Assembly (NCBI RefSeq): GCF_001194135.2
Contig: NC_068982.1
Span: 145,060,303 to 145,124,302 of the forward strand
Direction of reading: 5' to 3'
Length of the DNA stretch: 64,000 nt
DNA from: Octopus bimaculoides
Lineage: Eukaryota
The position numbers and the translations under genes were made by a program. A model generated the notes under the pieces. The model saw nothing but the letters and a program-made list of their open reading frames with translations, was not told where the DNA came from and did not search any database. Below are positions 39,842 through 51,782 of this stretch, piece by piece (position 1 is the first letter of the stretch; each line of letters starts with the position of its first letter).

Positions 39842-41325
39842 TATGAATTGGTGTATTTTTGAACGTAGTGTTGTATATATGCCAAAGAAGGCAGAATACT
39901 AAAAGTTGAGATGAAACTGAATGTGAAACGTTGCATGGAGTCGATTGACAGTTGATTATAACTGCCTAAGACGTTGAATTTAGCGCCTTCGATTATGAAT
40001 AATGTTGAAACGAAATGCATTCACGCAGGAATAATAGGAAGATCATCCTCTAAAACAACTTATTTACGTAATCAAGCAGCGGAGAATGGAGAAATTGTTT
40101 GTGCTGTAGCTTGCAGATATGAAAAAAAAAATAACGTTTCTCTGATGCAGTAAAGTCAATATCTGACAAAATGTTTTTGTAGAGTCTGGGAGAACTAAAA
40201 TATTTACGTCCAGGAAAAGGTGGTTTTATTGTTTGGAAACCATTCTAAATATCCTTAGATTATCTGTCCAAATTTAAACGTTCCGCAAATGGGAAAATAT
40301 ATCGCTGTTTGGCTCCAACCAATACTTCTATGACAAAAAGCAGTCCATCCACACTATCCTTTCTGTTATTCCGACACATTTTATCTGAGACTACATTATT
40401 CCAGGTGACCCTTTAACAACGGCTGCACTTTGTGATTTGAGGAAGAAGTGGCTAATATTTATAACATATTGAGCAACTGCGTTGAGGATGTTTTGCTGAA
40501 TTGACGCGAACCAAGTACAACTGATTTGTCAGTTACTGTAAGTAGAACACTGTGCAGGAAAATATACCATTGTGTGAGAACTGGGTTCAGTTGTTCTCGA
40601 GGGAAAAATGTTTCCGAGACAGATAGGTGCCTGTTCCAGTACTAAATGTGTCTATCACTTGATGCCATAAGAAAAGAAAAAAAAAAGGATACTTTAGAAG
40701 ACAATAATAATAAAAATCAACGAGGAGACAGACAAATCATATTTTGTTTGCTACAAATCGAAATCTGAGTTATTGTATGCTATCAGAGATAAAATCTAAA
40801 TTAACATTTGTGATTTAATAGAAAAAAAAATACCCCGAAAAACTGAACAAGTAACGTCTCAGCACAATGTCTCTTTTATTTATTTCTCTCGTTTTACATT
40901 CTTCAGTTGTGTTTGGAGAGAATCAACAGATAAACGCAGTGGTCTTATATTTTACGACATGCTAATAAAATATTTCTGCTCGGATTTATTTTTGTCTCCT
41001 CACATGTTTTTTATCACTCGCTTATCCTTTTTTTTTTCGATAGTTTTAGATTATTTTTTGAATTATTGACAAATAGTTTTTGAAGTATTTATTGAATTAA
41101 ACAGTTTCGATTCAGATATTTTTCATATGAGATGTTCCTAATATATGTAGAAATCCCTACTTAGAGTTAATACTGCTGTTGGTATTTTAAAGTCACCGTA
41201 AAACTGCTCCATTCTTTCGGAATGTTTGTTGTTTCGAAATTTAAATTAAGTTGCAATAGTATAAACATAACAACTAAGAGCAGCTGTCTTTTTTCAACAG
41301 CAGCAACAACAACAACAACAACACA

Positions 41326-41362
<37 letters not shown>

Positions 41363-41423
41363 ACACACACACACACACACATAATATAATATAATATAAT
41401 ATAATATAATATAATATAATATA

Positions 41424-41465
<42 letters not shown>

Positions 41466-42814
41466 AAGTATTATTCACATTTCTGACAGCTATTTGTGGA
41501 AACATTTATATTCATATATCCATATAAGGTACATTGATAATATATAAAATTATTTGATATATTCAGAGATATATTCACATAATTATGTAGGTATACGTAT
41601 TATATACAAAATATATGTAGAGGATACCGATTTTTACAGATATTTACGAACATATATATAATGAAAAGAAGTACTCACTCATAGTAAATGGATGCATATG
41701 AAACTACACAATACAATTTTAGTATATCGAAGCAAAATATTAAACACACATTTAAGCATACACGGATGCATATATGCATATACTTACACAATCACACATA
41801 CAGACAAACGTATTAACGCTCATACACACATAAACACACACATACAATCTCACAAAATATAGATGTTCAATATAATTTATTATTTTAAAGCAACTTTAAA
41901 AATAACAACGGCTCATTTATTGATAGGAACGCCTTAATACTAGAGTAGCGTCGAACTTATTGTGGTTAAGTACTGACTACAACTTTGGCCTGACGGCTTA
42001 TTTATAGACTATTTTTGCTCTTTTGAGTCCAAAATAGGTTTTATCAGATTTATCAGATAAAGTTATTACAAAGAAGTAGATGTTTCATCGGAATCATTTG
42101 AAGAAGCTTTCAGTTTTCTGTAATAAAACTTTAAGGAAGACTTCCTTGTATGATTTTTCACTGGGATTTCAATGGGATTTTGACAACTTGCAACATTATC
42201 CGTATCAGTGTCTCTAGATTGGAGCTTTATTACGTGAAAGAAGAGAAGGAATGTAAATGTAATATCTACCAACATAATTATGCGAATATAACCCTGAATA
42301 TATGAAATAATTTTATATATTATCTATGTACCTGAATATATGCACATATATACTTAAATATATATGTATTTTTCTTTGAGTATAAATCAAGTTCTTCTTA
42401 AGAGAGTTGAAACCGGTTGCTAACAAACGACAAGACTTTTTGAATTAAGAGAGTCGCCGGTGTTTGTAAATATGTGGTTGAGTTGGTGCGTTGGTTGAAC
42501 TGTCGATGCATGCACACAAGTGTTGCATCTATTTACACAAGAATCTCAGATGGAGAATTTTTGGAATGTCTAACAAATCTTCTCTGTGCCACTAATAGAT
42601 TGAATTCGTAGAATCTACATCAGTTTCTTTTACTCTTTTTCCGTGTGTTATATCGCACGTGCGGATGACCTCTACTCAACTCTCACTTCCAACGACTCAA
42701 CTCTACCGAACTCGACGTCTAGTCTACCGACGCCTGGGGGCGTCCACACAATACCGTGAAAACCGTGTATTTCTAGGTTTTTGTGCACATTTCTTGGTGC
42801 ATAACCTAATGAAC

Positions 42815-42845
<31 letters not shown>

Positions 42846-42847
42846 TG

Positions 42848-42886
<39 letters not shown>

Positions 42887-44609
42887 ATGCACATATTTTT
42901 GCATATGTAAATTTAAGACCGAGCCACACCTGTTGACAAAATTTTGCTTGCTGATAAGTATGAAAATCAGACAATTCTTCTCATCATTCCGTTCGTTAAT
43001 ATGAGTTATTTGCCTAAACTCATTCTTTTAATCATAGAAATCATTCCCGGTTGCTTTTTTGTGCTGTATTTTAAGAATTAGTCTTATTCATTTTTGTATA
43101 TCCTCAGTGGACCCCTAATATGAGCAAACTTAATATGACCAGCTTCAACCATGCATCGTTACTTTTGTCAAGAAAGTAGAATTTATCTGAAAGCAATTTA
43201 AGTTGCTGTTCCTCAAAGGAGTTCCCTCATCAACTCATGCAACTATATGTTTTTATTATTCAATGATGACAAAATCCCAACCTCTCTTCCTCTCATCTCT
43301 TGAAAAAAAACTGAGTTAGACGAAATATTATACAATGTATTTGTGATTACATTGAGTTATAGTCAGCTGAGTAGATCGAGTGAAAAATCAATGGTGTCTA
43401 TGACACTCAGCTTTCAAACACAAAAAAATAAGAATAGAAGTTTATATCCATGTGACGGGATATGTATACAATAACGTTTCGATCAAAGCTCTTTGTCGAA
43501 GAATAAATGCATTACAAATTGATTCTTGTTTACATATGCCTGGCAATTTGAATGGCAATTCTGTAATGATATATTCCATGTAGTTGCAAACAGATACCAT
43601 GAAATATGACATTTCCTATTCGTAAATAGCAACAGCAACATCAGCAGCAGTGGTAGAAGTGTATAATTAATTAGCATTTTGTCTGCGTATTGTATTAACA
43701 TCAACATTATTGTGCACACTCATTGTTATTCATGTATGATGGTTAGGCTAGGCAGTTGCTGACTCTTATTTGAAATATAGCTTTTCATATTTAGACAGAA
43801 AAAAATATGTTTTTAATCCATAATGAAAAACCATCTTTATAAAACTGTATGGAGGCAATAAATAGATATTAATGCTTGGAATATGGCAGAAATGTATAGA
43901 AAAAAAATCTAGTATTTTTGTGATGCAAACGTCCAAATGAAATTGAAGCTATACAAGTCTGGGATTGAACATCAGATATAACCATAAAGGTTATATTAAA
44001 TTGCTGGTTTCGATTTAATTGACAGTATTCTTTCCCTATAACATACTGGCAGATTCCATTAACCGATGCGGGAGCCACTGAGTAGATGCCAGACATACTA
44101 GAAATAGCTACCAAATTTTCTTTAGATCACAAACGTATTGCGGGAGTTGAAGTCGAGAATGAAATAAAATTTCTATTATTCTAATCTAGATTTTAGAGTA
44201 ACCAAATCCTTGTCAAGGGATAGGGAGAAAAAATAAAGCTTGGAAGTAAATAACTGATCATATTTAGTTTCGTTCTTTTTCATCTTTAGTTCTTTTACGA
44301 TAGTGACCATGACCTTTCTGTAGCATTTCCGAGAAAACTGGAGAAAGCACTGACTACCTCAGACTGGAGACTATATTCAAATGTTTGCAACAGAGCGGTC
44401 TCAGAGTTCAAATACTGGTGTCAAAATGCGTGATCATGTCTGCCACCCATTTAAATCTACCACCAAAATGTCACTAAAGATATCCTTAATTTTTATGTTC
44501 AGTATCGTTAAATGTAGTACAAGTAAAATAACGGGTCGATTCAGTAGACCACTTTAAATATTAGTCTGAACATGATAAACTTTCAACGAAATTTTTTAGA
44601 GTCTTTATA

Positions 44610-45581
44610 AACTTGGGCTGGCAATAAAAATGTGATAGGTGTGAAATGTTGGCTTTTATTTGGCACTAAGGCATGTTCCAGATATGACCATTTACTCTCT
44701 GTTTTTCAGGCATAATGTATCTATGGCTATGTTATTTAATGTATAATTTTTGAGCTCAATAAATAATGACTATGATAGACTTAGGTGCTATTTCTAACAT
44801 GCCGAGTGACATGTAGAGAGCCACTGGTTGGTTTATAAGATATGCTGCTGCATGGCAGAGAAAATTATTGTCAGTTAAACCAATTCCAATATATTATTGA
44901 TAATATTTTATTGAAGCCGAAAGGGATGAAAGTCTACATCGATTCTTGTAGGATTGAATTTCAAACAAGCAAATAAGAAAAGAATAACTCCATTGTTTTC
45001 TTTCATGTTTCAGACAGATGAAATTGGACAGCAGTTATAACACTTTTCAAGGTTTCGAAGTGGTGAAGAGAAGAAAGGAAGAACTTATCAGATCGGAGAC
45101 ATGGCCCGACTACCTACCACAAAAGAATATGTGGGAGATTTAAACCAGGCGATGAATTAAGTCTATCATCTCAGAACAGATATAACAAATTATTTACAAT
45201 TCTGAACATCTGGCTAAGATAAGGCACAGAAAAAAAGGTTAAGGATTAACAAATAAATTGTAATCAAACATTGACGTAACCAATTGTTCTTGATTACAAG
45301 ATTGTCTTCTGTAAATGTGAGAATCTCGTTTAATAAATATGTAGTTTGTCATTAAGGAACTGATGTAAAACTTTGGTTTAGCCGCCTCACGCAAACATCT
45401 GATTACGTTTATAAATTATGATCGATTGACCGGCTCGTTGTTACAATGAACTCATTAGAAGTTTTTGGAAAGAAATGCGGAAAAATCGATTGCTTCGGAA
45501 GAGAGTGATCTTAGATAATTGCACCACTAAATACCTCTATTAACGCTCTCAGACACAAAAAAATACACAAAGACACGCATA

Positions 45582-45649
<68 letters not shown>

Positions 45650-46471
45650 NNNNNNNNNNNNNNNNNNNNNNNNNNNNNNNNNNNNNNNNNNNNNNNNNNN
45701 NNNNNNNNNNNNNNNNNNNNNNNNNNNNNNNNNNNNNNNNNNNNNNNNNNNNNNNNNNNNNNNNNNNNNNNNNNNNNNNNNNNNNNNNNNNNNNNNNNNN
45801 NNNNNNNNNNNNNNNNNNNNNNNNNNNNNNNNNNNNNNNNNNNNNNNNNNNNNNNNNNNNNNNNNNNNNNNNNNNNNNNNNNNNNNNNNNNNNNNNNNNN
45901 NNNNNNNNNNNNNNNNNNNNNNNNNNNNNNNNNNNNNNNNNNNNNNNNNNNNNNNNNNNNNNNNNNNNNNNNNNNNNNNNNNNNNNNNNNNNNNNNNNNN
46001 NNNNNNNNNNNNNNNNNNNNNNNNNNNNNNNNNNNNNNNNNNNNNNNNNNNNNNNNNNNNNNNNNNNNNNNNNNNNNNNNNNNNNNNNNNNNNNNNNNNN
46101 NNNNNNNNNNNNNNNNNNNNNNNNNNNNNNNNNNNNNNNNNNNNNNNNNNNNNNNNNNNNNNNNNNNNNNNNNNNNNNNNNNNNNNNNNNNNNNNNNNNN
46201 NNNNNNNNNNNNNNNNNNNNNNNNNNNNNNNNNNNNNNNNNNNNNNNNNNNNNNNNNNNNNNNNNNNNNNNNNNNNNNNNNNNNNNNNNNNNNNNNNNNN
46301 NNNNNNNNNNNNNNNNNNNNNNNNNNNNNNNNNNNNTATATATATATATATTTGTGTATATTGTATCATAAGAACTTGTGGCGTAATAAATCTATAACTG
46401 ACTCTTTCCGTGCTGAGTTCCATATCAGATAATAGTTTTAATCAACCTTTAACACACCCACACATTCGGAT

Positions 46472-46504
<33 letters not shown>

Positions 46505-46690
46505 CACACAAACACACATACACACACACACATATACACACATACATACACACACATGCATATATATAGTCTTTATAGACTTAGGCTAGCAATGAAAATG
46601 TGATAGATGTGAAATGTTGGCTTCTATTTGGCATCAAGGCATGTTCCAGATATGACCATTTACTGTCTATTTTTTTCAGGCATAATGTAT
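44610..46690 (+). repeat. Two ~105-bp direct copies (44610-44720; 46585-46690) of a dispersed repeat
   Basis: GGCT(G/A)GCAAT(A/G)AAAATGTGATAG(G/A)TGTGAAATGTTGGCTT...GGCATGTTCCAGATATGACCATTTACT...TTTCAGGCATAATGTAT. Weaker relatives near 9350, 15230 (reverse), 15650 and 33840. Confidence 0.8.
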
Positions 46691-46856
46691 GTATCCGAAT
46701 ATATATGCACACGCACATAAATATGTGTGTGTGTGCGTTCCCTCTGTGTCTATGTGTGTGTTCGAATTATGCAATAGAATCAGGTGTATAATGTAAACCG
46801 CAGCCTCTGGCGTTTAAACAACACATATTGATAAAGCTAATGTGTATTTATATATA

Positions 46857-46920
<64 letters not shown>

Positions 46921-46960
46921 TATATACATACATATATGTACATACTTACATATGTATGTA

Positions 46961-47088
46961 CTGGGTGTACGCAAAGGCTGGGTACATGGAGTAACTAAAA
47001 ATCATAACATAGACAATTAAATATAAGAAATAATAATTTCTTAAAGTATGTCTTAATCCCCATGTACCCAGACTTTGCGGACACCCTG
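46961..47088. mobile_element. Tc1/mariner MITE (128 bp, ~29-bp TIRs)
   Basis: ta-CTGGGTGTACGCAAAGGCTGGGTACATGG ... CCATGTACCCAGACTTTGCGGACACCCTG. TA present on the left; right flank is TT. Confidence 0.85.
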
Positions 47089-47090
47089 TT

Positions 47091-47394
47091 TATATGGGTA
47101 CAAGACGTCATAAAACGTACAGGACTTAACAAAACTTATGCAACATGAAACACGAAGGCAAACTTGGGTATTCGAAGCCTCATATTGTCGTTGATTGCTC
47201 GAAATGTGGAGTAGATGAGCAGCCGACAAATGATGAAGGGTCGTTCTTTATGCAACTTGTCTTGTTTTCCATTTGCTTCTCTCGTTGTTCGCATTCCCAA
47301 GTTTGCCTTCGTATTTCATGTTCTTTTCGTATTTTGTAATTCATGTTTTCTTATTTCATGTTGTTTACATTTTCTGACGTCCTGTACCCATATA
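47091..47394 (+). mobile_element. Non-autonomous inverted-terminus element carrying the permuted hammerhead (Penelope-like derivative or MITE)
   Basis: Termini TATATGGGTACAAGACGTCA (47091-110) and TGACGTCCTGTACCCATATA (47375-94) are inverted. A second inverted block pairs 47142-47176 with 47288-47322. 47178-47394 is homologous to the reverse complement of 6001-6190. Confidence 0.75.
47178..47241 (+). ncRNA. Putative hammerhead ribozyme, non-circularly permuted (copy A)
   Basis: CCTCAT(47178-83)-A(47184)-TTGTCG(47185-90)-ttgatt-GCTC(47197-200)-GAAA(47201-04)-TGTGG ... CGACAA(47224-29)-ATGATGA(47230-36)-A-GGGT(47238-41). Stem I is 6/6 Watson-Crick, stem III 5/6, stem II 4 bp. Core is CUGAUGA with C3>A. 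Confidence 0.6.
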
Positions 47395-47426
<32 letters not shown>

Positions 47427-47537
47427 NNNNNNNNNNNNNNNNNNNNNNNNNNNNNNNNNNNNNNNNNNNNNNNNNNNNNNNNNNNNNNNNNNNNNNNNNN
47501 NNNNNNNNNNNNNNNNNNNNNNNNNNNNNNNNNNNNN

Positions 47538-47581
<44 letters not shown>

Positions 47582-48234
47582 GCACACACACACACACACA
47601 CGCACACACACACGCACACACGCATACACACACATATGATGTAGATATATGTAGGTGTACATTTATACATGTAGATAAGCAAGTCTCTACTTACTTCTAT
47701 CAGCAAAATACTTATATAGTGCATTTATAAGTATATAAATACTTATAGAAGGCCTAACATAAAATTTGCATAGAATTTTAAAATAACTAGATATAAGCTG
47801 TTATTGCTGAAATGACAAATAAATGGGGAAAAAATGAAAACCAAGCCTCATGCTAATAATGAAAAATGATAGCCTTATTATAATCTACTTAAAAGCCCAC
47901 TCAATTTTTATGATAAAAAAATAGATGACTGCTTTTTCTCTAATATGATTTAAAAGTAGCTATTTCCCGAATTCGATGCCAACGTTTCACACGTGATTAC
48001 GAACGTGCTCATGACGACACACATCTATAGAACGCTTACAATTCAATTGACGAATTTTTATATGTGGTGTGAAGTGAGTTACTATTTTTTCTGTCATATC
48101 AAATCAATATTAATGTTTGTTTTTATAGCACTATTTACAGCGATTATTTTTAGTCATTAGGAAGAACGAAGTTTTAATCTTTCACAAATGACAGTTTTAT
48201 AATTCCCAATCTTCAACATTTGTTCGAGTGATAG

Positions 48235-49320
48235 ATTGGCAGAATCGTTTTAGTGCTGTGAAAAAATAGCTTAGAATATTTAGTCTCGATTTTTACGTTC
48301 AGAATTCAAATCACGCCGAGATCAAAATTGTCCTTCTGCGAGTTGATAGATATAATGGTTTCAAATTTTGGCACAGGTTCAGCAATTTCGAGACAGGGGG
48401 TATGTCGATTACACCAACCTCAGTATTCAAATGGTACTTATTTTATCGACCCCGAGAAGATGAAAGGCTAAGTCGACATCGGTGGAATTTGAACTCAGAA
48501 CGTAAGGACGGATGAAATGTCGCTAAACATTTCGCCCGGCGTGCTAATGATTCTGATCACCACCTTCGGAAGTTGAATATAATACGAGTCAAACATTGAA
48601 AGCAATATAATAGACTAAACTCTCCTTTACCAAAGTTTCTGGCCATGTTTTTAAGACAGTTTCTTAAAAATAAAATGTTCTGTAATCTTTGCATCATGTG
48701 ACGCTGGAAGTTATTAAACTCAGCTGGCGCGAGAAAAACGGCAATGGTCTTTTTACGTTTCTACAACCTGATGAAGAATTTCTTGCAATCAAAGCGTGGT
48801 ATAATCCTTAATGAGAGGCGATATATTTGTTCAATTCAGCCAAGACATAACCAACTCTCTTGAGGTGGTAGAATACCTCTCTTTTTTGTCCCGGCCTCAT
48901 ACAGGAGATAAATCTAACCGATATACATATTAATACATGTCTGTAAGGTGGTGAGCTGGCAAAATCGTTAGCACGCCTGGCAAAATCCTTAACGGCATGG
49001 CTTCCGTCTTTACGTCCTGAATCCAAATTCCGCCGAGTTCGACATTGCTTTTCATCCTCCCGAGATGAGCACTGGGGTTGAAGTAATCGACTTATTCTCC
49101 CCTCCGAAATTGCTCGCCTTGTGCCAGCTGGAAGAATAGCACGGCGGGCAAAATGCTTCGTGGAGTTTCATCCTTTTTACTTTCTGACTTCAAATTTCGC
49201 CGAGGTTGACTTTGCTCATCTTTTCAGGGTTGATGAGATAAGTACCGGTTGACACTGGGTTCAATGTAATCGACTTTCCTCCGAAATTGCTGGCCTTGTG
49301 CTAAAATATGTAACCAGTAT
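48235..49320. mobile_element. Cluster of four SINE family 2 copies (48235-48340 +, partial; 48350-48565 -; 48945-49124 +; 49126-49320 +)
   Basis: Each shows AGAATCGTTAGCAC / TTCTGAGTTCAAATT / GTCGACTTTGC / GGGGTCGAT motifs in the stated orientation. Confidence 0.85.
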
Positions 49321-50515
49321 ACATCTCTGTTGATTTTTCGGTTCAAATGCACTTTGTATAGAGAGATTTATTTATCATGTTTTTATTTTCAAATTCCGTT
49401 GTGCAGTGTATTTTCGGTGACATGAACGAGATACATCGGACCAAATGACGATGTGCTACGTTGATTTATATAATTTGGATTTGATTTTCAGCACTTTCTT
49501 GTGTTCTAAATTATATTCGAATGATGTGATAATATTAGTAGCTATACATGTCACATGATATGAAAGCAGATGATAAAACTTGCAGTGTTCCTACATCAAA
49601 TGAGCTGGATGTTATGACAGATGACATGAAAGTAAAAGAACGTTTTCATAAATTGACAGCTTTCGCGCATAACAGACTACTTTCAATCACAGTGCGGACA
49701 TTTTCCGATCGGTTTGTTTGTACAATTTTGTGTTAAATTCACCGATTCTTTTCCAAATGTCTGATGAAACTGGGTGACCCGCTGATGCATTTTGAGACCG
49801 AGAAAGGGATAGGTTGAATCCATATATTTACCGCCACAGACTGAGAAGGTTCGCCGATAGCAGTAGCTTCTCTGGTCTCTGATAATTTAATTTTCTTTCT
49901 TTTATCTAAAATGAGAATGTAGCCTGAAATATTAAAAAAATTATTAGATATACAAATCCCTGTTGAGAGGTAAATAAGAACGCAAACACACTTCTTCCTA
50001 AATTATTTATGTGCAGAAAGAAAGAGAAGGATTTTCTAGTGGAGCGTTCACAGTTTGTTGAGTTCCCTGCAAAGAAAGTGAACCGGGCTTCCGTCTCTAA
50101 TCAGTCTCAATCGCTTTATAAAGTAGTCATAAATTAGGCCGGTACCTTGATTAAGAGCCTAATTTGTAAATTTTTGCTTTTGATGGCTTGGAATTTACTT
50201 AAAAAATATTTTATGAACAAAACGAAGCAAAAGAAGGACTGAAATGAATATAAATTTTACAGTCTTGCTGTTGGTGAAATAAGAACATAATCACATATCC
50301 TCCTACGCAAATGATGCGCTCACAAAAGAGGGGGAAATATTTTCACAGACCGTTACACGGTTTGTTGACCACTCTTCAGAGAAAATGTATGAAGTTTCAT
50401 TGCATATTCAATAACACAGAGCATTGTGCTAGTACATACCGCAGTTATAAATTTAGCAACCACGTTGATAGATCGCCCCATTTGCATATTTACTTTCTCG
50501 CTTTCTTTGTGTGTT

Positions 50516-50547
<32 letters not shown>

Positions 50548-50715
50548 TATATATATATATGTATATATATAATGGCTATAATTATATATTATTTATATAA
50601 TGATGCATGCTCTAATATATTACTATATAAATAATACATAATTATAGGTATTAATAAAAAGGACCTATGGGTGTCACTCTTCTCCGAATTTTACAGCCTT
50701 CGGATTTGGTAACAA

Positions 50716-50758
<43 letters not shown>

Positions 50759-50804
50759 GAAAAATCGAAAAAGGTGAAAACGCTCAGGATGTTATTAAGA
50801 CATA

Positions 50805-50912
50805 TTTATATCTTCATATTTTCTACATATGTTTCGATGGATGCATTCAAAATACGTCCAACAGGTAGAATGATGGTCAACTATTAATCAATCCCATCAG
50901 GGAAGATAAAAA
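50805..50912 (-). ncRNA. Putative type I minimal hammerhead (variant core), left arm
   Basis: Minus strand: TATCTTCC-CTGATGG-GATTGAT ... ATCCATC-GAA-ACATATGT-A-GAAAATATGAAGATATAAA. Perfect palindromic stem III ACATATGT followed by A (GUA). Confidence 0.45.
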
Positions 50913-50982
50913 CAATACTCATCAAATAGTAATTTCTACAGATATATATCTGTAAAACTTTTTACAGATATACAGAGTGTTG

Positions 50983-51090
50983 TTTATATCTTTCCTGATG
51001 GGATTGATGCATAGCTGACCATAATTCTTCCTGTTAGACGTATTTTGAATGTATCCATCGAAACATACGTAGAAGATATGAAGATATAAA
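50983..51090 (+). ncRNA. Putative type I minimal hammerhead (variant core), right arm
   Basis: TTTATATCTTTC-CTGATGG(50995-51001)-GATTGATGCAT ... ATGTATCCATC(51049-59)-GAAA(51060-63)-CATACGT-A(51071)-GAAGATATGAAGATATAAA. Stem II is 10/11 bp, stem III is near-palindromic, the cleavage triplet is GUA, and A9 is G. Confidence 0.45.
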
Positions 51091-51264
51091 TGTTTTAATA
51101 ATATCCTGAGCGTTTGTCACCTTCGTCAACTTTTCCTATTTTCTCCTAAATACGACTTACTTATCCCGGAATCAAATCACACACAAGTATGATCATTGTT
51201 TCATTGGACACTTAAGCAACATTTAGCTAGCTTGTAATTATTCCCTTGGATCTTTCCTATATAA

Positions 51265-51298
<34 letters not shown>

Positions 51299-51340
51299 AT
51301 GTATTTAAATGTACACGCACACACACATAGATGTGTACGT

Positions 51341-51745
51341 AGGCATACCTATGTGGTAAGGGTCTCACTCATCAACCACACGGTTTCGGGTTTCGATGCA
51401 CTGCATGGTACCTTGAGCAATAATCCCGTGTGTACATTTGGTAGACGGTAATTGAAAGAAGCCTGTCGTGTGTGTGTGTGTGTTTGTTTGTGTGTGTGTT
51501 TGTTTGTGTGTGTGTGTGTGTGTGTGCGTGCGCGCGCGCGTGTGCATGCTCTTGTGTTTGTGTTTATCACTCCACACTGTTTGGTCACAGGTGTTGGCTT
51601 GTTTACGTTCCCACATCTTAGAGGTTCAGAAAAGGTGACCGATAGAATAAGTGCCAGTAAGTACCTTGGTGAATTTTTCAGATTAAACCCTTCAAAGCGG
51701 TTCCCCCAGTCTGACCGTTGCTCAAAGACTGAAACATGTAACAGA
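51341..51745 (+). mobile_element. Diverged full-length SINE family 1 with internal (GT)n
   Basis: AGGCATACCTATGTGGTAAG...GGTTTCGATGC...CCTTGAGCAA...TGGTAGACGGTAATTGAAAGAAGCCTGTCG-(TG)n...GACCGATAGAATAAGT...GACTGAAACATGTAA. Confidence 0.85.
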
Positions 51746-51751
51746 TATGTG

Positions 51752-51782
<31 letters not shown>

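Larger units (their letters stand above)
50755..51137. repeat. ~380-bp foldback (two inverted ~160-bp arms), probably inverted Penelope-like pseudo-LTRs
   Basis: 50757-50918 is the reverse complement of 50976-51137 with scattered mismatches (e.g. AACGCTCAGGATGTTATTAA / TTAATAATATCCTGAGCGTT; AATCCCATCAGGGAAGATA / TATCTTTCCTGATGGGATT). Confidence 0.9.

Noticed and set aside
40405-40537. AG...GTAAGT-bounded 133-bp segment as a possible exon
   Set aside because: Stops in all three frames and a weak pyrimidine tract; no independent support.
42659-42750. GC-rich 90-bp patch with weak inverted ends as a solo LTR
   Set aside because: Too short, no TSD, and the TG...CA boundaries are ambiguous.
45014-45160. 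Strong acceptor (TTTTCTTTCATGTTTCAG) followed by a 41-aa ORF with a KRRK motif, suggesting a neuropeptide exon
   Set aside because: No signal peptide and no partner exons. With one frameshift it reads like an RTE C-terminus (TFQG..E.G..KKGR ~ ILQGxVEGxRRRGR), so it is more likely a LINE remnant.
48768-48800. CTGATGAAG motif as another hammerhead
   Set aside because: No GAAA with a closing stem II and no stem I or stem III complementarity found.
49767-49815. CTGATGA...GAAA as a hammerhead
   Set aside because: Stem II does not close next to the GAAA, and no NUH with matching stems.
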